A stretch of DNA of 64,000 bases from Minutocellus sp. GHC0000111. Lineage: Eukaryota. The translations under genes were made by a program, and so were the position numbers. Position 1 is the stretch's first letter. Each line of letters starts with the position of its first letter. The notes beneath the pieces were generated by a model. It did no database searches and was not told the DNA's origin. It saw nothing but the letters and a program-made list of their open reading frames with translations. Location of the stretch: NCBI GenBank assembly GCA_977018835.1, contig OZ361260.1:2170001-2234000 (forward strand), given 5' to 3'. Below, one piece after another: positions 56,201-64,000 of the stretch.

Positions 56201-58147
56201 GCGGAGGGCGCAGAAGATAGCCGAGCTCATCGAGAAGCTGCGTTTGTCCATGGTCAAGGGCGGATGGAAGGTGGAAATGAAGAGCAAATATCACACTTTG
56301 TCAACGTGAGTACCGGTGCTTTGATCAATGCATCATGTCTATTAGTTGAAGCATTTGCCTTGTGAAAAAGCGCCGTCTCTAGATTATCCTGGTATCATAT
56401 GGCATTACGCTCACCCCATTCCATTCTACATTCTGCAAACAACCAATGTACATGCAAACTCCACAGATGCGCCGATTATGTCAAGCACCTCGTGGAACTA
56501 ACGAAGGCCAAGGAAGCTGCAATTGAGCAGGCCAAATCCGACCTAGAAGAGAAGAAGCAGGAACGGCTAGAAAGGAAGAAGAAGGCAGCGGAGGAAGGTG
56601 AAGGAGGTGACAACCATGGCGAACTCAAGCCAAAAGCTGATAACATCCCTCCTGCTTCCGACGCCAATGCTATCATGCAGGACTCTGACCCCGAATCGGA
56701 GACTTCTAGCCTCACTGCATTTTCATCTGGTGAGGGAGCAGACGACGGCAAGGAAGAAGGAGTGCGCCGTTCGAAGAAAATTCGAGCCGCTTCGTCATCA
56801 AGCGACGATGTTGATCGCGATGGAGAAAAGAAGACTGCTTCCTCAAATACTGGTAAGCGCAAGCACGGCTCTACGTCCGATCCACCGTCTCCACAGAAGA
56901 AAGTTCGTCTTTCCACAAGTGGCAACAAGAGCAGTAGTGCTGCAGACGATTCACTTTCTTCCGATGAATCTGGGCCGGGTGGCAAGAATATCTCTCTCGA
57001 CAAAATGAGTTCGTCCGTATCCGAAATGACGGATAGCAACCAGAGCTCCTCCATGGTTGACAATGATACCGGTGTGCACGATGCCGATCGATCTACGAGC
57101 AGCATTTCTTCCACTGCTGCCGTCGGTCCTCCTCGTGGAGGATCTAGGGAAAAGATACACCGCCATGCAGACGTCGTCATCAAGGAAAAACAACCGGAGC
57201 GCAAGGGTCGAAAGAGAAAGATAGCCGAAGGGAAGGAGAAAACATCCCTTGACGAAGACTTTGAGTTAGACTACTCTGAAGTTTTCCACACGGCCAACGT
57301 ACCGCAGCTCATTGCCACGCCAGCCGGCAAAGTCGTCACGTGGAACGATTTCTTCCTCCGAGCAACGGGCCTAAGTGGAGAAGAGGCCAAGCGATTGTCC
57401 ATATTCTCCATTGTCCAAGCCGATAAGCTCTCGACATTGTTTGAGCTGGTTGCCAATGCCCTGAAAAATGGCGCCGCGAAGAAGAGGAAGAGGAGGAGGG
57501 GGAGAAAGAGGTCCGGGCCATCTACTTCATCGGCGGGCTCGGGTCCTGGAATCGTCAAAAACAGGGCAGAGTGCAGCTCCGTCGCTGGATCGGCAGCTGC
57601 TTCTGCAACTACCGGCAGTTCAGGTACGGGCAGCGAGATGTCGACGGCTTCGTCGTATAAGCCCGTTGATTATTCTGCAGTGACGCTCCCCTGTGTCCCC
57701 TTCCAGGCCACATACCCTAAGGCGTCAGTTGCTGTGGGAAAGAATAAAGACTGCGATCCAACGGAAGCCAATTGCAAAGATGCTGCCGATGGCGAGGCAA
57801 TAGCAGGGCCCGAAAAAGACGAGAAGGCCAAGGCCGAAGCAGATCTCAGCATTCCTCTCTACATGACCGTGACACTCATGTCTGACGATGATCCTCGCAA
57901 GCGATGCTTCCATTGTGTTCTTACCGACACTCCGGCGACCTCGAGCGGTAAGATCGGGGTGGTCACTCCAGAGCTCTTAGCAATGCTCTTTACGGAGGAT
58001 GACGATGAGGACGAAGATGAAGAGGGCAACGGCTCGTCGCCTACCAACAAAACCGGTAGCCAAGCTACAGCCCTCGTGAGCAGTGATAAATCTGCTGAGA
58101 TTACAGGGGAGGGCGATGCCAATGCGAGAGCGGTGAACAAAAGATGA
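53217..58147 (+). CDS. Second bHLH-PAS transcription factor; introns 55678-55809 and 56306-56466
   Basis: LFDAPY|ELRMNF; RNEREQRRAQKIAELIEKLR...SKYHTLST|CADYVKHL; PAS: LDYSEVFHTANVPQLIATPAGKVVTWNDFF...LSIFSIV. Confidence 0.88.
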
Positions 58148-58244
58148 TGGCTACATGACATAGATCTAGACTAGGGCTAATGGTAGACAACGCTGAATAG
58201 GCTTTACAAATCAACCCATGCTATTTATCTATCTTCTACCGAAC

Positions 58245-58268
58245 TGAGAGAGAGAGAAAGAGAGAGAC
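58245..58268. repeat. (GA)n microsatellite
   Basis: gagagagagagaaagagagaga. Confidence 0.7.
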
Positions 58269-61200
58269 CTAATCACGGGCTTCGACATCATTTTGATCCT
58301 CTCCATCTGCAACATCGGCGGCAATCATTTTGGGTGCCATATGCGACAACCTTGTAACTTGGGTATCGTCCTTGAGCAATTTCTTTGGCTCTATGTTGCG
58401 AACGGTGGAACTCATCATCAGAAAGGCAAGTTCCATCCGTTCGATTGGGTTGGTATTGTCCTGAATGACAGTCTCCACGAGTTCCTTCGTGAAACGGTAG
58501 GTGGAAGCAACAATAACATGCAACTCAGAGCACGCGATAGAAAGAGCACCACTCCGCGACAACGCGTCAAGTAGATCGAAAGCCTTTGCTTTCATCGCGT
58601 TCTTCCCATCGGAATCGTCGATGGTATGTTCGGACATCTTGGCAAGTAGATTTGCCTGGGATTTCTTCTTCCAACACTCGCCGACCTTCACCGTTGTAGC
58701 TCGAAGCGCATTATCGGAGTCGAATTCCTCAAAAACTTTGTCAAGCTTCTTTGGAATGGCTGTAAAATCGGTGCCATTCTTACTTGTAGTAGAGGGTTTG
58801 GTCTCAATTGTCCTCTTGCGTTCGCTGTTTCCGGCAGACCGAGAAGTAGTATCGGTTTGTGGCGATATAAAATTGTTCTCAGTCGATCTAGCGATGCTGG
58901 TAGAAGGCGCCATCTCATCTTCCATACACATGTCAAAAGCCACCACATCGTCGTAATTATTATGGACTGCAGGGGATCCCAGCATCACCGGAGTTGCCAT
59001 TGGCAGGCAGGAGCCAGCTGCCATTTCCGCCATCGCCCGAGGCGGAGCCGCCGAGCGAGCAAAACGCTTTGCCCTCATCATTGGAACGGAGCCGGCGCTA
59101 CCGACGGGAATGGGAGCAGATCCAAACGTAAAGCCTTGGGGTTCAGGAGGATGCTCTGTCTGCCTCGTCTCGAACGCCATGTCTGCTCTCGCTGCTTGGT
59201 CCTTGATTTCTTTCTCTTTTAGAGATTCAATCATATCGAGGACGTTCTGGGCATTTTTCTTTACAACCGCCACCTTTTCTGCAGCCTCCATCCCATCTGC
59301 ACCATCGTAAGAAAGCAAGTCCGAGGGTATTTGGTAGTCTATGAAGAGAGACAAGAGATCTTCGGAAAGGCGCACTTCTTTGGTAAGAGAGCACGACGGA
59401 AGACCCAAGAGCGTCTCGAGCTGCGGCTTCAGTTGGATAGTGAGGAGTCCAAATACACTGGTTGATAGCTGCATGGCTCGGAATGCCTCGGCGAAGCGCC
59501 TTTGTTCTGGCGAAAGGGACGATATGGCATCTCGAAATGCCTTGGCAGTCGGTAGCTCCTCTAAAAGAAGAGGGAGGAAGAGCTCGTCCTTGTTGCTAAT
59601 GATGCAAGCCTCCTGCGGCTCGAAGGTGTCTGGGCCCGATATCTTGCCGATAACGAGCATAAAACTACTGAACTGCCGAGCCCTAGCAGTGATTTGGTGG
59701 CGTGGCGAGCCAGAGTTATCGCCGAACTTGCAGTTCATCCAGCCGTGTAGATAATTGTCTCCAGTCAGCTCCACAGAAGTAGATGCATTGATGGGCATGT
59801 AGATGCTGCATGGCGCGCCATCGACTCTGCAGGCGGTAGTAATGATGGGATGGATCCTCCCCTCATTGTCGAACCTTTCGATTGAGATGGCTCCGTCTGG
59901 CGAATGATCGGGCCTCCGGACGGCAAAGGAAAAGGGTCTTGGTCGATACAAGTCACCAAACAGATTCTTTCCAAGGGCAGAAGACATGTATTCAAAGAAA
60001 TCGTCTTGGTTGATGGTTTTGCCAATGGCCGCTTCCAATTGATTTGTAAGCATTGCTTCTACAAAATCCATTCCATCAGTGTAGCATTTTACGATATCCT
60101 TGGCATGGAGGGAGAGTAGGTAGACCTTGGCTTCAAGAGACGAAATGAGGGCCGAATCCTTGGCAGGGGCTGGGTAAGTTTCAACGAGGGCAGACACTGC
60201 ATCGTCCAGAGAACGGCATTGCTCCGAGAGGAAGATTTCAATGTCATCCGACGAGAGAAGAGGCGATGACGTTTGAGCCTCTGCACCATTTTCGGCATTT
60301 TCATCCTGCTCCTCTACGAATAAGGGCAGTACTGGCACAAATATCGCCTTGGTGGTGATCGATCGAAGCGACAGCTTACTTTCTGGTTTGCTGCCAACGG
60401 AAGGATCTCGATTGCCAACCGATTCCATGTCATCCAGAGCAAGGACAATATTCTTGCGCCACCCTTCCACGTCACAGAAGAACTCCAGTGCCGCATCCGA
60501 GTCTTCATTTCGCCTGGGAGTTTTGCATGTGTTGGCATCCCTATCAATCTTGAAGGTTGCAGTCGTCGAGGAAGAAATATTTCGAAGCAACCAGGATAGA
60601 GATGCTTCAAAGGGACCGATTTTAGTTGAAGCTGGATACGGGGCGGCCTTGGTTCGACGCCCGGGCGTGATCACTTCCGAAGTGCCAGTGCGGCGTTGCA
60701 ACTCGATGCAATTCTTCATCGGATCACTCCCGTGGTAGATGGTCAGGCTCCAGGCATGATCCACCTTCCACACATTTTCAACGACTTCGGTGGTGACCTT
60801 GTGCTTCACCGAGGTCGTCTTCGTCATCTGCTCGAGGAATCCCTTCTTGGTCCTCTCTTCGGCCTCAATAGTATGCTCATGAGGCGATTCGACCTTCGTC
60901 TTGCGTTCTTCAACAAAGGTGCACGTTCGAGTTCCTACACATGCCACGGTACATGTAATTAAAAAAGAGAAGAGTAGCATGTGAGTTGTAAATATGCGAT
61001 GTACAAGGAAGATTGATTATGAGCCAAACAAGGCCAATGAAAGGAAGAATGCACACGGCTTCTCCTATCAAGCATCATAACTTACCTTCAAATCGGAGAG
61101 TCACCTCCTCGGCGCCCTCCGTCGCAACTTGCTGCAAAGTAGCAAGCTGATCAGCCTCCAGACCGAGACGATCCAGCACGTTCAGGTGGGATGCAATGGC

Positions 61201-61389
61201 GACATTCGTCAAGAACTCGGCCAGAGCATACTTGTCTGTGTACTTGTGGTCAACCTCGGATGCACGGACGGGATGACGGGCCGTGGAGAGGATCTTGCGA
61301 ACGGACAAAAGAGCATCGTCGACGGACCGGCGGAACTGATGCTCGTTGAATCTGTCGGCTGGCGAGGTGTAGCGAGATGGCGTTCTCAT
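58269..61389 (-). CDS. Large uncharacterised protein (about 990 aa); intron 60935-61085
   Basis: Spliced LRFE|GTRTCTF; globular blocks ARARQFSSFMLVIG, SLSPEQRRFAEAFRAMQL, YQIPSDLLSYDG, AFDLLDALSRSG. Confidence 0.8.
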
Positions 61390-61694
61390 GGTGATTATAG
61401 ATAGATCAGATACTGTAGATAGTTACGGTCGTATATGGGCAGTGTATTGTGGTAATTTGTTCTTGTTTTATGCGCATGTTATCAACAACTCTTCATTGCT
61501 TCGCATGTGGGTCGTGCTCAAAGCCGGAAGAGCAAGTCAGTCAGTCAGCAGGTTTGGACAGATTTTCTTGACTCCGAGTTTTCTAGTTTGCGATGGGAGA
61601 CCTTCATTATTTGGTCTTACATGTAGCGTTCTGTCCGTCGCTTCGGCTCGAAGCAAATTGCTCATTCTATCATCAGTCCAAACCAAAACCAAAC

Positions 61695-62569
61695 ATGGAA
61701 GGAAGCAGCAGTACCGGCCAAGGGCAGCAAAGCTCCGTAACGTCGCTCACCGACCTTGCTTCGGCTTCATCAGGAGGGCATCCCCCAGCAGCTTCAGCCT
61801 CAGCCTCAGCCTCCGGTGGCAGCAGCAGCGGCGGGGCAGCAAACGCGGGAGCCGCAACCGCAACTCTGACGATTACTGAGGAGGGAACGCAGGACGACGT
61901 GCCGCAGGAACAAATACTGCGCCTATCGCTGGCCCCAAGGCCGAGAGTAACCTGGTGCGTTTGGTTATATTTTAGGTATTGTTGGGCAGACCCCAGAGGT
62001 GGCAAACAGAAGGTTCTCAGACGACGTCGGTCGTCGGTCGTGCCGTTTTTGAGGCCTTCAGTGCGGCCATCCACGCCGCGCGGACCTTTCCCGGAGACTA
62101 TGCATTTTGAGATATGCTCGGTACTTTTATTGTCACGATTTTCCGCTCACATCTTCACTCCACCCGTTTCCGTATCCTCTCTCTGTTGCGAAACTTGGCT
62201 GCTTGACTTTCGACTGAATGATGACATTGGACTTGTTTGTAACACGCACCACGAATGCACGACAGGGACGAGGGAACTGTAAACAACGAAGGTATGGGAC
62301 GCAAGAGTTCCAAGAGATGCTGTATATTTCACAAGCAAAGACCGTTTGGTGAATCGTCGACGGATTCCTCCGATTATGATAGCGATGAATCAGGCTCGTC
62401 TTCTTCCTCCGGCGGAGGGTTCAGCGGGGGCGGCAAGAAGGCGGCCGCCGGTGGCGGAGGCGGCAAGAAGAAAAAGGGCAAGAAGAAGAGAGGCAACAAG
62501 ATTGCCAGGCCCAAATCGTCCGGGGATGGTGATAAGAAGGTCCCGGATTTTCAGCGATATCATGCGTAG
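61695..62569 (+). CDS. PPP1R11: Protein phosphatase 1 inhibitor-3 (Ypi1/PPP1R11); intron 61955-62265
   Basis: Spliced [37 protein letters not shown], containing the RVxW PP1-docking motif. Confidence 0.92.
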
Positions 62570-62853
62570 AAGGCGTACAGTAGGGAAGAGGAGAGACATA
62601 CTGGTGGTGCGCCGTGAGGAGGAGGAGGAGGTTGCTGTTGTGTGGTGTGTGTGGTTGGTTTTGGGCACGGAGGATGCATTGGTATCGCCCGTGAACGTTG
62701 CGATTGTGAAGAAACAGATACATTGCGCGTTGAGACCTATAGGATAAGAGGGCAGAGACCAGAAATGCAACGATGATGATGATATTCATCCATATTCGCA
62801 AAAAATGGTGAAAACCACAAGCCAGGCAAATTTTGTTGATGACAGAAAGGCCA

Positions 62854-62899
62854 TAGATCTACATGTAGATCTACATGTAGATCCTACCTTTACATGTAG
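62854..62899. repeat. Tandem palindromic 12-mer (TAGATCTACATG) x2.5 plus a TACATGTA
   Basis: tagatctacatgtagatctacatgtagatc...tacatgtag. Confidence 0.85.
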
Positions 62900-63637
62900 T
62901 AATCCCTACCGGTCAATAGATGAAATAAACTTGTACAATTACTACCGAAAAGTTCATTCTGATGTTCTACATACCATGTGCAATCTTTATTCGGATCACA
63001 TGCCACGAAAGCCCTCCCCCTTTTGACTGCAGGCTTGCTTTTTCTCGCGGCCCACTGGCACCCACTGCAGCGCTGGACTCGCTCGAATGGGATCAGTTCC
63101 ACTCTCTGGACTCACTGGACTCATCATTGAAGCAGCCCTTGTGACTTGTGACAGCCTTGAAGTTGCCGTGCATACGCAGATTTTGAAGAGGGCTTATTTC
63201 TTGAGGAAATTTATGGTTTTTGAGGCGGAAGAAACGCCTGGGGCATATGTGGAATGTCATTTTCTTCTCTCTCGGACTTTCTACGATCAAGGATTTATTG
63301 CCACAATCAAAACCAGAAGTTTGGATTCGATTCTTCGCGAGATCCTTGCCCTTCACGAACTCTCGACTCTCATTATTGAGCATCTGGTTTTGATTTGAGT
63401 GTTCCTCCTCGTCCCTCTCTCACTGCCAACATTATTGCCCCCTCGTGAAACCGGAATCCTTTTTCCCAGTCACCAGACAGAGAACACTTTCACTTTTCGT
63501 TCTCCTTCCATCTTTGCATCCACATTCTTCGCATCATTCTTCGGATCCATTCCTTGTGTGAATCCGCACCTCTCAAGCAGCCATCATCTTCCCAAGCCTA
63601 CAATATCGCAACGCACCTTCCCTACCACAATCCAACC

Positions 63638-64000
63638 ATGTCCACCATTCAAGAACAAAATATCGATGTCGTCGGCATTCTGAGCAACGCCATTGCCATC
63701 AGCGGACCGACAACATCGCCTGCAACTGCACCCAAAACCAAAACCAAGACCGTCCCTCACAAGGCCGGCAAGACGGTGTCATCCTCTACCAGCACTGGGG
63801 CCAAGAAGCGTTCGTGGAAGAAGCCGGCCGACAAGCCCAAGCGTCCCCTGTCCGCATACAATCTATTCTTCAAGGCTGAGCGCGCTCGTCTCATTTCCGG
63901 AGGAAATGAGACGATGATGATTCCAATCCAGGTGATGCCAAGCGCAAACATCGCAAGACGCACGGCAAAATTGGCTTTGCTGCATTGGCTCAGAACATTG
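63638..64000 (+). CDS. HMG-box protein, 5' part; apparent frameshift near 63905-63910
   Basis: WKKPADKPKRPLSAYNLFFKAERARLI; KRKHRKTHGKIGFAALAQNI follows in a shifted frame. Confidence 0.82.
   Translation, partial: MSTIQEQNIDVVGILSNAIAISGPTTSPATAPKTKTKTVPHKAGKTVSSSTSTGAKKRSWKKPADKPKRPLSAYNLFFKAERARLISGGNETMMIPIQVMPSANIARRTAKLALLHWLRTL

Noticed and set aside
62990..63400. Possible second decayed transposon fragment (partly TpA-poor)
   Set aside because: No transposase motif or termini visible

Overview
Gene-dense eukaryotic nuclear DNA, almost certainly from a diatom: short GT-AG introns, signal-peptide+F plastid targeting, a frustulin domain, diatom-type bHLH-PAS and HMG proteins, and fused TrpE-TrpG. 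About 29 protein genes are supported, among them AP2 TF, RWA/Cas1p acetyltransferase, CWF19L2, 7xKH protein, class C GPCR, VTC4, Na+/H+ exchanger, SFT2, anthranilate synthase, ABCG, PPD7, a head-to-head bHLH-PAS pair, PP1 inhibitor-3 and HMG-box. There is one decayed Transib/RAG1-like DNA transposon. I saw no rRNA, tRNA or CRISPR. Main observations: (1) a DUF3626 (possibly ADP-ribosyltransferase-like) protein carrying SIM, MIU and two SHP (p97/Cdc48-binding) motifs; (2) a TpA-depleting, Tyr->Cys/His mutational signature on the transposon, suggesting a RIP-like defence; (3) RSS-heptamer-like CACAGTG/CACAGGG sequences flanking that element; (4) nine genes with stops, frameshifts or a deletion, including loss of the VTC4 catalytic core, so either a decaying haplotype or assembly error; (5) TGACGT boxes in the bHLH-PAS bidirectional promoter. 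All family calls are from motif recognition by eye; no searches were run.
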